A stretch of DNA of 64,000 nt from Antedon mediterranea (Eukaryota; Animalia; Echinodermata): the NCBI RefSeq assembly GCF_964355755.1, contig NC_092673.1, positions 7,688,001 through 7,752,000 of the forward strand, read 5' to 3'. The notes beneath the pieces are model-generated. The model was not told the DNA's origin. It worked only from the letters and a program-made list of their open reading frames with translations, and did no database searches. Position 1 is the stretch's first letter, and each line of letters starts with the position of its first letter. Shown here in pieces: positions 40,406-52,960 of the stretch. A program made the position numbers and the translations under genes.

Positions 40406-43400
40406 AAAGGTTTGCAGAAGAACCATTCGACTTTAGAAGAGAGGGTTGCGTTGATATTCTTCTTAGTATGCAGTATGATGGAATACGTTCTGTAAGATGG
40501 TACAGCCATTTTATTCGTTCGTTATTACAGCACCTTATATTGTAGCCTACATCAAGAAACACAATATTCACATATATGACTTCATGATTTAAATTAAATA
40601 GGCCCTATTGTGGCAATTATAAATATTTTCGATTTGGCGTTTCTTCCGGTAATTTTAATTATTGATAAATTATAACAATATCGTTAATATACAAAAAACA
40701 AAATAGATATTAGTAATATTCATTCTATTTTTATATTTTTGTATACCGGTACGTCATAAGAGGTCATTACGTTATTAATTGATATTGTATTAACGGAAGG
40801 TGGGAGTACACTATCGTTTATCTGCCGTTAACTATTACAAAATAGCAAAATAATATGATGCTTTTTTCTTGATTAAACACTGTGAACACGATGAAAATTA
40901 TCAACTAAATCATGTTTCTACTCCGAATTGATATTATCGTCAGAATGAACCGGGATCTATGAATTTAACAAATCCATTTTAAAGTTATATTAATGAAAAG
41001 TGATTAGGAGAAAAATATCCAAGAAGCCGACAATATAAAATGAGTCGTCTGCTTAATGCGCGCCGTTTCCACCTTCGATTTAATTCTAAGCACAATTCCC
41101 GCCCTTGGTTATACCTAAACTTCTATTACCTTTAAATGCTGCAAACCTATCAATGATTTATGAATTATGTTATGCGGAATAAAACGACTTAAAACAATTA
41201 TCTGACCATAATTAAATATCAGGCACTCGGATCTCTTTTCGTAGTTTATATGTAATGCCTCCGGACACTATATCACGATTTTAAGCATATACAATTTATT
41301 TCTGCATAAGAAAAAAGGGAAGAAACTGCATTTTGCCGATATATAGCGCTGTTATTTTTGAATAAAATGTTTTACTTGCATTTATTATCTCATTATTAAA
41401 TATTTATACAGTAATAATCTTTAATGAATTAAATAATTTAGAAAACAATAATTTAAATTGTTTGAAAGAATAATGATCACCAATATACTATATCGAAACA
41501 AAACATCGTTTCATTGTGGATTTACAGAGACGTTTTTCAAACAAATGTTACTAAAATGGTCAGTAGCCACGTATGATTTTTCTGAATTGTCTATTCAATT
41601 CAATTATATTTCGTCAAGTTTTACAGGTAGAATATAACTGTTTAGATATTTTATTGTGTTATTTCATAAACGTGAACTCTCGTCATATCCGTTAAAAAGT
41701 GCCGATTTTGAGATGGCGCACAAGCGATTTCTATCTAAATATTAATATTTTTTCATATTTTGAAAATTTTAAAACAAAAACTTGACAGAAGAGAAAGATG
41801 ATACTGGCTAATTATTACACGTTCTACACAAAAGAACATGTTATTAAAGAGTCATACAGTTGAGACACCCGCAATATCATACCGTTAAATATTATCGACA
41901 ATTAGACGCGCACGAGTCAAAAGCAGTATTGTGTATATACTGTTAACAGCAATTAGGCGCGCGCGTAAAAATTGTGTCTTCGTTGAATGTATTGTTATTA
42001 CTTCCATCTTCACGTACGTCTTTTTAATGCAAAAAACCCATAAATATTCTATTAAAATCTCTTATTCCCAAACATGATATCCTTGCCAGCTTTAATCACT
42101 GTTGGCTAAGAAGAACAATTTTCTTTTAATGAAATAAAAATTGTGAATCGTGTATGGAGTTTATTTTTGCCGTTTAAAGAATTAAACATTGATATAATGT
42201 GTAAGAAGTAATGGAATTTGGAATTACCCGATTATCTGATACATACAACGAAAAGAGTTACACCTTTTACTTTACTGTACCGTCGTAATATGAATGTTTG
42301 TCCATAACAATTTTATATTTGGGTTAAAGTACAGTAGTTAATTTTCATTAGGCTTTACAAAAACTCACAATTGAAATTCCGATTGATAATATAAAGTTGT
42401 AGCAAGGAAAAAAAATATGGATCTATAAATATATTTATAGCTCTGGTTGCATACTTGCATAAAATCAACCCGTGCACAGACGAGCGGATAACAGAACAGT
42501 AGGGAAAACCACGTTCTGTGTTAAAATGGACATACGAAATAACATGATTATATTTTTGTTTTCTATTCCGTCGTTACCGCTTGTCTGTAGATTTCAAAGG
42601 AATCCCGCAATGTATAATATTAAACTCATTGTTTCATTCTTATCCAACATGGATTGGGTATATGCCTATGAGTGTTATCCAGATTTGTATTTAATCTTGT
42701 AGATAAAAAAGGTACTACAACATTCCAAAAGATTAACGCAATACTATATTAATATCATAAAAGCATCATATACCACAAAAAGTGTCCACTAGTGTTAACA
42801 AATATATTCTTCTTGTTCAATAAGAGAAAATATACTTCAATCGGGACTTCAATAGTGGGGTCTCCTGCAAAGGAAGGGTGACGTGTGACGCACCAATACA
42901 CTTTTGCGTCCTCGCCTGCGTCCACGGGAAGAGGATGATGACTAAGATTTTTTTCCTTTGATATTGTTCTTTGAAACAACTTGTAAAAGAAAATATAACA
43001 ATAAACTGACTAAAGATACCTGGTCTTACAGTATATAAAGCTCTGTCTACACTATCAAACTTTAAGACATTAATGTGATGTGCCAATAGGCAAGATTTTT
43101 TTCAAACTAGTTTGATAGTGAGAGAGCTTTTAGATCATAACACGTGTTCGCGTGCGTCCACACGTGGAAAATTAACAAACTATTATGAATTAAGTCTTTG
43201 ATATTGTTCTTTGAATCAATTGCACAAATGAATACGTTGTAGACCCATGTCAGTCTCATCAAAAATGAATAATAGTTAACTTCACTTAGCGTATTTGCGT
43301 CCCAGTTTTCATTTTCAATGCTTAATCATTAAGTGACAAAATTAGAGGACGGGGAATGAGTATCATCCATCATAGGAGGGCTTCGTGCATTCGAGTGAAC

Positions 43401-45124
43401 TTCACTGTCAAAATGAAAAAGATCACTATCGACTTGTGACTCATGTATAGTTTTATAATGCCTTTAAATCGAGTCGGATTATCTTCCCGTTTTCGTCATC
43501 GGGAATTAATGGGAACGCGTGTACTTGGTTTGTCAGTGTGGAGTAGGCATTCCCGTATTATTACAGACTGATTGTAAAGGGATAAATTAAAATAAAAGTC
43601 AAGTTTAAGGTAGCCTAATTGTTAATCTTGATCAAGACAACGCCATGATGAATTGGACGTACACCCAGGGGTGTAGGTTTAGCAATTTGAAATCATTTTA
43701 CACGACAGTAGACGTATCTATTAAAAGCCATCAAAAACATTTTAATAAAGGAACCTCATGTATCGCAGTTTAGTTTTATATATTTCATGGGCCGGATGAA
43801 ATGTAGGTTGAATAGGCCTAATTACTTTATATAATACTAGTTTTGTTGTTAACTTACATTATTGGCGTTTTATATTATTACTGTATTATTCATGATGAAC
43901 ATAATTTATGGTGAAATACTTGCCTGAGGCCTAGTAACTTTTGTAGGACCTTTTTAAATCTGGACTTCTTCTTTCAATAGCCGCAAATAGTTGCCGTCAC
44001 CAGTAAAACGTTATACTGAGGATGTTTATTATGCTGTTACATAATATAGGCTAATCCGACAAAACCGGCTACATAATAATATGCCTAATATTTCTAAACC
44101 ATGTATTGGCATAATAGGCCTAAAATTGTTAAATCGGTAAATGTATTTTGAAAGCGACGATAGATTAATACTTAAAAAATGTTTAATAACATCAATTAAC
44201 TGTTGATAATAGGCCTCAGTCAGATAAGCAACTATGTTTATAGAATTATATATTTATTTTAGTTCAGATCATGGGACTGTTGACTGTAGCTGTAGTTACA
44301 GTAATCGTCTTACTTTAGCATTCCCTGACCATTTTCATCTTTGTACATTGTTTATTATGTTTTGTTGGTCAAATAAATAACTGAAATGAAATGAAATAAT
44401 ACAGATGAATATATTTACATTTTGGTTCTTGCTAAAAGAAAAAGAAAATTCTTGGAAAATTAATGATGGGCGAATAACAAAATTAGACATCCAAGATTTC
44501 CTGTTTGCTAAGCTAAATATCGACTCATAATTTAAAAGTAAGCACGTCGGCGCTGCTTATTGAAGTAATTGCAACATTCGTGGTTTGCTCACCACATCCA
44601 ATGATCAAATCGTACGGATGAACATTGAGACAAACAAGTTTTAATTCGTAACCTAGCCCTAATCAATAAGACAATTACAATACAATTAAAAGTGTTTAGT
44701 TGAGAAGTAAGAAAAATTCTTAGGATTAAATCTATTGACCTACTTGATTTATCGTTGACAAAATTAAAAAAAGTTTTGTTTATATATATGCCGACACACT
44801 AAGATTGAATAAGCCATTTTAAATAAAATGCATGTTAAAGTGTCATTCATTATTTTCATTTGGTGTAGGGAATTTGCTGTGGGTAGGAATTGGATGCCTC
44901 CACCCTGACCAGTCTATTGGAAATTCCAACTGAAATTGCGATTATCAATATTTTAACAAATATTAAATGATTAAATATTCAATTAATTGATGTAATATAA
45001 TTTTTTCTTTAAAATATTATAGTCTCCCGTTAGGCCTATATTTATAGGTAAAACAATTATAATATTCAAATTGTATTCAAATTTGATACAATTTTCAGTA
45101 ACTTAGGGTGGCTTATTTATGAAT

Positions 45125-45271
45125 CGTGGGAAGAACAAGATGGCAGCTCGCATTGGTGTATCACGGAAGTGAATGTCAACAAAAGTTTTCGATGTACCAG
45201 CATTGCTTTTGAGCTTATACAACCTGAATAAAGTCATCTGCCAAAAATAGATGTTTTAAAGGTACACATTT
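45125..45271 (+). promoter_or_regulatory. MAPKAP1: Putative MAPKAP1 promoter and non-coding first exon
   Basis: Housekeeping-type motifs CAAGATGGC (YY1-like, 45136-45144), ATTGG (45152) and CGGAAGTG (ETS, 45164-45171), followed by donor-like GTAAGT at 45272 and a CpG-richer stretch to ~46.5 kb. The ATG-bearing exon has its own acceptor at 48817, implying an upstream exon. Confidence 0.55.
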
Positions 45272-47316
45272 GTAAGTGATTTATACAATCCGACGAGATG
45301 ATTGAAATAACTGTTTAGATTCGTCTAGGCCTGGATGTTGTCAATAAAATGTCCGTTCTGTGTCTATGATGTTGCGGGGAAGCGGGAGAGACCGCGGAGT
45401 TACTGATCGATTCGGGCAAAAGCTGAGTAACGTCGGGCCTAAGTCTAGCTATATGTGTTTTATGGGTAAATCTGTGTTATGCTGTTGGCGCGGCCTAGGA
45501 TAGGTTTTAATGCGTCCGAAGATTACATTTTAAGCAGTAATAATAGTTAATACATGCACTGATCTGGAAAATGTAGTAAGTTAGAGTGGTGGAAGGCTAG
45601 CTAGGCTAGCTAATAATAAGCTAGGCCTTCACATTGTTAATGTGTGTAGGCCTGCTGCTGCAGGATTTAGTTCAAAATCCAGAGAGCTGAACTGCTGATG
45701 AGAATGAAGCTGGGTGAGTAAGTGGTGACCTACACAGTCATTAGGGACTTTACGAAACATGACGGTTAAGCAAGACGACGAATATCCTGTGTTCACTAGT
45801 AGAGCATAAAATCAGGGAGGTATAAAAATAAAATCATAAAGTCAACATAGCCGTTTTATTAGTTACGGACTCTTCTTGAGAGAAGACTATGACCGGCTGC
45901 AGTATCTATTTCCCTCCCCTGTCTTGTGGCGCAGGGCCGTTATGAATCTCTTGTGATACAGCTTAGGCCTAGCTTTTCTAGCTAGGGGCCTAGCATTCAA
46001 ACACCGCTTTTAACACAGCCATTTTAACCCAGTAAAAATGTTATTTCATTAAGTCATTTTCCCTACGTTTTTTAGATATGATTTAAGGTCACAAACTACA
46101 TTTCATGTAAAAATAAATACTATGGTCCTATTGAGATAAGTTCTGTCATCTTTATTAAACGGTTAAAAATGTGAAAAATAAGTCTATTCTAATAATTTTA
46201 GCGGCCCGCTATAAATCCCAACATGCAGTGCGCGTGGATTGATATTCTTGTTTTTCTTCTGTAATTCACCCACTTCAATCGATCATGAGCCCAAAATAAA
46301 TGGAAGACTCCTAACTTTTCAGCGAAATACACACACAATTAATGCAGCAACTAAACATTAGGCTAGGCCTATAGCTAGCATACGATGTTCGTATATTACT
46401 GGTGTTTACCAGCTAGACTTACAAAACTAAGCCTAACTAGGCTAGGCCTAAAGACCTCCCACAAGAGGACATTCACCGCGAGCTACTTAAGGTAGTGCAT
46501 TGTTTCTCTCTTTTTATAATAATTTACCATAAAACGTACATTTAAGACAAGGAATGACCTGGTTTAATGTCTTTAAAGTAATATATGCATTATTTCTACA
46601 AAACGTCACAAATTGTTGGGAATGGGTCTTTAAACAATTAAAAGTTCAAATATTATTTAGAGTTTTGAAAATTCCATGTTTAAGTGTAATTTGAACTGTA
46701 TATTTAAAGTTATACATTATTTCTCCGTAAATGGGAAAATAAAAACTTTATTGTCCTCAAAAAGTTAAGACGACAGAATTTCACGCTAAGCTCCGCCCAC
46801 TTTGTTAAAGCTCATGCATAAATTATTCATGAGCACCGTTCTCTGGCTTCCGTCCTGTTTTGTATAGTTAAACTGAGACTAGGTAAGACTGCTACTTTCC
46901 CAACTACTGTACAGTATCTGCCTACTGTACAAAACTATTCTAGCCAATTATTTTAGTACATTAGTAGTAAACTAAAACACATTGATTGAAATAAGTATTC
47001 CATTTTTAGGTTTGATTCAGCTATTTTGTGCCTTACATCATATTGTCTATGGTATAGTATGGTGTTTCCATGTGTTGTGTGCTTCTTCCTCTACAGTGTT
47101 GGTATTTTCTACTAATTTGCATACTGTATTAAGCAGATTGTACATTTGCATATTAAGTTCCTAAACATTGATTTTGTAAATTTGAAAAAAATTAGTTTTG
47201 TGTGAAAACAAAATAAATAAATTAAAGAAGAAAACAATTTAATATCACGTGGCTTATTTTTGACTTAAAAAATAAATACAGTAAGTAATTTTTTTTTGTT
47301 AAAAAAATGACATACT

Positions 47317-47585
47317 AAGTGTGTAGTACACTAAAAGTAACTAATTATGTTGGTTCGATGGGGTTTGCTTTTTTTTTTGTGGAAGTTTTCGGGGTTTAGC
47401 AATTATTTTAAACCAAAAAATGATATTTTGCAACACAAATTAAAACATTTTTGTTAATTGACATATCAAGTGTGTGGTACACTACACGATTCAATAACTT
47501 TTATGTTAGTTCGATGGGGTTTGCTATGTTTTTTTGGAGGTTTGCGGGGTTTAGCAATTATTTTAAAACAAAAAATGATGTTTTA
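47317..47585. repeat. ~150-bp tandem duplication
   Basis: AAGTGTG..GTACACTA...GTTCGATGGGGTTTGCT...CGGGGTTTAGCAATTATTTTAAA.CAAAAAATGAT occurs twice (~47317, ~47468). Confidence 0.85.
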
Positions 47586-48888
47586 GCCAAAAAATAAGGT
47601 TGGAGGTTTGTGGGAGTTTTGTTTTTTCCTAAGGAATCGTAATTGGTGTTCTAATTGGTAGTTAATTCCGTGTATTGTAACAAGTGATGTAATGATACCT
47701 AACAACACAGCCTACTGTAAGTAAGAACCTAATTTCTAAAAGAATCCTACAAAGCTACCAAGACTAAAAACTATTTTCTAAGTTGGTGAGCTATTAAAAA
47801 CAAAAAATTGAGTGTGATTTAGAAACATCTTGATAGCCACACTTCAACCAATGTGTATAATCACATTAAAAACACAAATAATTTTTAAAGAAGCTTGGTC
47901 TATTTAAGGCAACAAACATGTCACAGATGTAGGTCAGCAGAGCCCTAGTTAATTTACATAATGACCAGGAACTTAATTATATTCCTCAGTAATGTGCTAA
48001 GTACATTATTTAATCGTTAAAATATCATCTATTTGATGTGGTTGAATAAGGCTGAAAGGTGTTTGTTTTGCGAGTAATTATCCCTGTTCTGACATTGATA
48101 AATATAAGAGAACATTTGTCTGACTGTTATCTAATTCTGGAAACCATGTGACCCTGTTGAAAACACATTCAATATGTAAATTATAATGAACAAGAGTAAT
48201 TAAAAATGAATATAAATTGATTGAGTGGGTGTTGCAGCATAACAATGAGCAAGAAAACAACCTTTAATATTGTACTTTTTGTCTCTGTGTGGAGATACAA
48301 TGAAAAACATACTAGAAGGTACTATTAGTATTAAACTATTAGAGAGTTAACAAAATGATGCCAACAGTGCAGAGACTCGATTGGACTGTATCCTTACTGC
48401 AACGAAGACGTATAGTACATATTATGATGGAATGTGTTTGAGCTGTGATTATGTTGAAAATGGAATAAAAATCATCACAGCCTAGGCTATTTAGGCTTAT
48501 TTACCATCACTTTCACTGCTGGTCTCATAGTTAGTGTGAAAGGGCATTTTTCAGCGAAATAGGGTATCATTTAAAAACCACTTTTGGAAATGTTGTACTG
48601 CAGACTGTCTGTTATCTTTATATACTACTACTGTAATAGGAAATGTTTGTTTATGATTATTGTTTATAACAACTCATTTTTAATGAATGTTTGACCCATC
48701 AATAAACAATAGAATTCAATAAAAAAAAAAAAACATTTTTTATGTATTTATTTTCAGAACCATGAAATATTTATATGTACAAATATTGTATAATGCTCAT
48801 AATTGTTTTTTTTATAGACTTTATTGGAATGTTGTACATGATGGAAAGACGTGAATAAGGCAATACTGCAAGGTCAATATACCACAAA

Positions 48889-49078
48889 ATGGCGTTGTTA
48901 GATGATCCGTCTTTCATCCTATCACACATCCATCATTCGTTCATCACGAGTGATGATACTGGAATGTGCGAGATGGTGATCATGAATGAGGAGGTTAACT
49001 ACAATCACAGAAAGCGAGAACGTCAGGCAAAGAAAACAAGTCCATGGTCAACGTACTGTGTCTCTGAAGGAGATTCTG
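48889..49078 (+). CDS. MAPKAP1: MAPKAP1/SIN1 (mTORC2 subunit), first coding exon (exon starts 48818)
   Basis: [30 protein letters not shown] matches the human SIN1 N-terminus ([30 protein letters not shown]). Acceptor tttttttatAG at 48817, donor G|GTAAGT at 49079, phase 1. Confidence 0.96.
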
Positions 49079-49712
49079 GTAAGTTCATTCTGAAGGTGGC
49101 GTTAGGTCAACACAGCACTCGATCCAACTTGTTCGTCATGACCACTCAATTGACCATATTGCACAAAATATGTTGACATGAGCGCAGTTAAGTTTATTCA
49201 ATTTAAGTTGCTTTCAGTTGAACGAAGTTCACATGTACGTTATGGGAAAGCGCAAATCGTTATATTGAGTTCAATATTGACAAAATTGCTCGGAAACAGG
49301 CCTTAGAATTACACTCAATATCCTGGCCAAGTCGACTGGTAATCAGCGTAATAGGAACTCTTGTATAGTACGTACAGTATACAATTCTAACACTTGGTAT
49401 CATACAAAGTGACGCTCTCACGTTACGAAAGAAAATGATGACGGTGGTATGTTGGTACGTTCCCACATGAGGGCGTGGTTGTGGACGGGTCCATTATAAT
49501 ACAGGGGTGTTCTAGGAACTTTTCCCTTTCGTATCTGAGAGCACGGGCTATCGTCGGTTTATACAGGTAAGCTAGCACTCAGACTACTAACACCACTACT
49601 GGTTTGTGTAGTTTCTATTTCAAAATCGCATTGGTATACCATGATTAGTTCATTCATTTACATTCAGTTTCTCCAATTTTAAATTTCAGTTGAGAGGAGT
49701 TCCGGTGTCGAC

Positions 49713-49891
49713 CAGTGGCGTAACAGCTATGAGCGCTCACTGGCTAAACCTAGGGACTCCGGAGCTTATAGTGCTCCCTGAGCAGTGCCCAGAGGGAAAA
49801 CCGGCATTGAAATATGTCTAAAAACCCTGGCCTCCAGTATTTTAGGGCCACTTAGGGTTCCTAAACCAAAGGCCACTACTTTATGCCACTG
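49713..49891. mobile_element. hAT-like MITE (179 bp)
   Basis: 11-bp TIRs CAGTGGCGTAA / TTATGCCACTG (1 mismatch); 8-bp TSD GTGTCGAC / GTGTCTAC (1 mismatch). Confidence 0.75.
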
Positions 49892-52730
49892 GTGTCTACC
49901 TACAGTATAACAAACCTTTCATTGCACTCCAGGAAATGTTTTGGTCTACAAAATGTTATGTACTGTACCCTTTGTTGTTTACTTTATTTTATACCTAAAA
50001 TATGCTAGTAGTAATGATTATGGAGAACAAAAACATTATTCAGATCAATGCAATGTCCCTTGGAAGAAGAAAAAAGGAAGGCTGGCTGGGAAGGTCTTAT
50101 TTAAGGCGTTCGATTATTATTAAAAAGGTTCATCTGGATCTCTAGCTAGAATGTATTTGTTAATGATTTCTTTTTGATGATCCAATCCAATTTTGTCGAG
50201 CTTTCAAACAACTACCAAAACCGGTTTTGAAGTAAACCATTCTTTTGAGATTTTCAACTTAGTGGAAATTCATTCTTAAACTAATTTCATTTGGTGAATT
50301 TCCTTTTTTGTTGATCCAATAAAATCGAAAAGTAAAAATTGCCAACAAACCTATTGTTGTTTGCTTTTTCTTGGCTATAATGTGGTCTAACATGAATGTA
50401 AAACAGCGCCTTAAAAAACACAGAGATCATGTATTGACCAGATTAACTAAGAACAACAGCCTACAGTAATTGAAAAAGTGAATGGAAGGTTTTCAAAAAC
50501 CTGTTGTAATAAAATTCACTCTTAGAAATATACACTTTGTTATCTCCACCATTTTCATTTATCCTAGTATACAGTCCGCAGCTTATTCTGTGTGTGGTAT
50601 CATTTGGCAGATGTTCAACACTTTTATGTTCATGTTAACAGTAATTATATACACTTTAGCCTTATAACAAAATTTGTTTATTTATTTTGTTAGCTTGTAT
50701 AACCTGCTTTAGAATAATAAAATTAAAGGAAATCCTCTATATGTTGTCAGTCAAACTTTTTTATTTTCTATGTAAAAATATTTATTGTAATTATATATTG
50801 TTGTTTTATATTGTCTACCACAGGGGAGTGATAACAAAAATACAAAGGAATTATTTATATAATTCTACTGCATCTGTTATAGTTTATGATGTGGTTGTTA
50901 AAGATGTTTAATTGACATAAGAAATTAACAAATGTAAATATGTATGATCTCAAGGATTGTTTCCTCTGCTTGAGGCCATTAACTCTTTTACTACTTTTTT
51001 CCTCATAAAAATAGTTTTAGAAAATAGATCATTAACCTATTGTTACCTTATGACAAGCTTTTATAGTAATTTGGAATTTTTTTTTTAAAGAATTTTGTTT
51101 TAATTATTATATTGCAAAAGCTTACACCATATGTCATGGCCATTAGTGTTCAGTAATTTTAATCTATCGTGATTTAGGTTTGCGGCTATCACTATCCGAG
51201 TTAATTGAAATATTTTGCACAGAATTGACACTACATTTATACATACCAAGGCCGACACACTTTGCATGATTTCGCAGCCTTTTTCAAAGTTTTTAAAAAA
51301 AATATTTATTCAATATTAGCAATTAATATACAAACTTCATATTGATGGAAATTGTAAAGGAAAACAATCTGCAGTAAGAAAAATCATTAAAATTAATGAT
51401 AAAAGAAATAGAAATAAAAGTCAACAAAAACCATTTTCGAGTTTTATAAACTATAGATATTATATATATAATTTTGATTTAATTCTATTTTAAAGCAACT
51501 TACAATTTTACAGCCAGGGGGGCATTTTCATAGATCTGGAAGGTGTCTCCTAAACAGCGATAATACGTTTGCTTGTTTTTATATTGTGCCAAGTAATAAA
51601 TTATAAATAATTATAGTTTTATCAATTCCGATTTTAATTCTATTTTTTACAGCATGCGTCTTTAATACATCACTCTAGTGGGTAGAAGCATGTAATTGAC
51701 CGGTTAAAAAGGCAATCATTGTTGAAACAAATCCCAACTGCCTAATCTGTGTATCATAACGTAAATGTCATTTAAAGATCACTCCTTTTGTTTTCAAATA
51801 TAAAGCTAGATATTCTGAAGAATATTACTTTTTTTAAATTTGCATCAATGAAATAATTTGTTGTTAAGCATCGATTTGTTTCTCTCTCTTATTTTCTATT
51901 TATGTATGAAACGACTCTCTAACGACGACTCTAGTCAAAATGATTAATGAGGTTTGGAAATCTTCGTTGTAGCGTTTCTACAAGGATAAAGGTGTTTAAA
52001 GTTTTCGCATCAAAATTTGATGTTTGGTCAGGCATCTCGTTGCGCTCTGCTCTTCCAAGGGGAACAAATGGTAAAAAGTATTCAGTACGGAGCGTGGTAC
52101 CGGTGATAATGGTTCTGTTTTAATATTGAACGATATTGTCTGTTATTATTGTTACGGCCCCTCGGGATGCGATTGCTGATTGTGTTGGATTACTGGTGAA
52201 ACAAATAACTACATTTTACTGAAGACGCTATAATTTATCTGAGATCTACAAAAATCCAATTATCTAGTGTGATGAATAGTTGAACGCTATTATTTCAACT
52301 TAAATGGACTGTAAACTGATGGAAGGATCAGCTTTTGATCATTTGCACACACACACTCTTTTTTTTTTATCTCCTAAAACATCATCAACAATTTATTCTT
52401 GACAATTTGAAATCAATTCAAAATTGATATGATACAATAGTTCTAATGTTAATCTACAGACGTTAACTTTAATTATACATTTGTATTTAATATAACAAAG
52501 CCACTTTTAAAAGCTGGTTTTCCGAGTATTGAATTGTTTGTTAACTTAAAAGTTGCACAAATTCAAAGGTACTGTACTGTACACCTTACAGGCTTACAGG
52601 TATAAACTGAATCTCAAAACATGGTCTGTATGGTCCATTTAAGGGCCTATTTCTACTGCAAAAAATAACTGATTAGTGTGGATTATTACCTCCAATTTCT
52701 TATAAAAGAAAAACATTTTCAATAACTGGT

Positions 52731-52960
52731 TAAATGGCAGACTGAGCCTGAAATTAATTGGTAAGAACACCTAATTTTTTATTGGTATTTAGAACACCAT
52801 CTAACTGGTTAATAACCGTGGGAATTACAGTAGTACAGTAATAACAAAATTATCCCAAATTTCTTGGCAGCAAAAACTGAACACATTTTTATTAACTGTA
52901 TAAATGGCAGACTGAGAAATTAAAAACACCTAATTTTTTATATGTGTTTAGAACACCATT
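52731..52960. repeat. ~170-bp spaced degenerate direct repeat
   Basis: TAAATGGCAGACTGAG...AACACCTAATTTTT...TTTAGAACACCAT at ~52731 and ~52900. Confidence 0.7.

Noticed and set aside
39319-40545. Cluster of overlapping ORFs with WEDFVFGKILYLERFCI repeats; superficially a repeat protein or CRISPR-like array
   Set aside because: Pure 17-bp tandem repeat with no unique spacers; ORFs open in several frames and on both strands are artefacts.
49079-49176. Read-through of ORF-track calls beyond splice sites (also 58751-58860, 63127-63187, 33895-34034)
   Set aside because: Homology stops at canonical GT/AG boundaries; these extensions are intronic.
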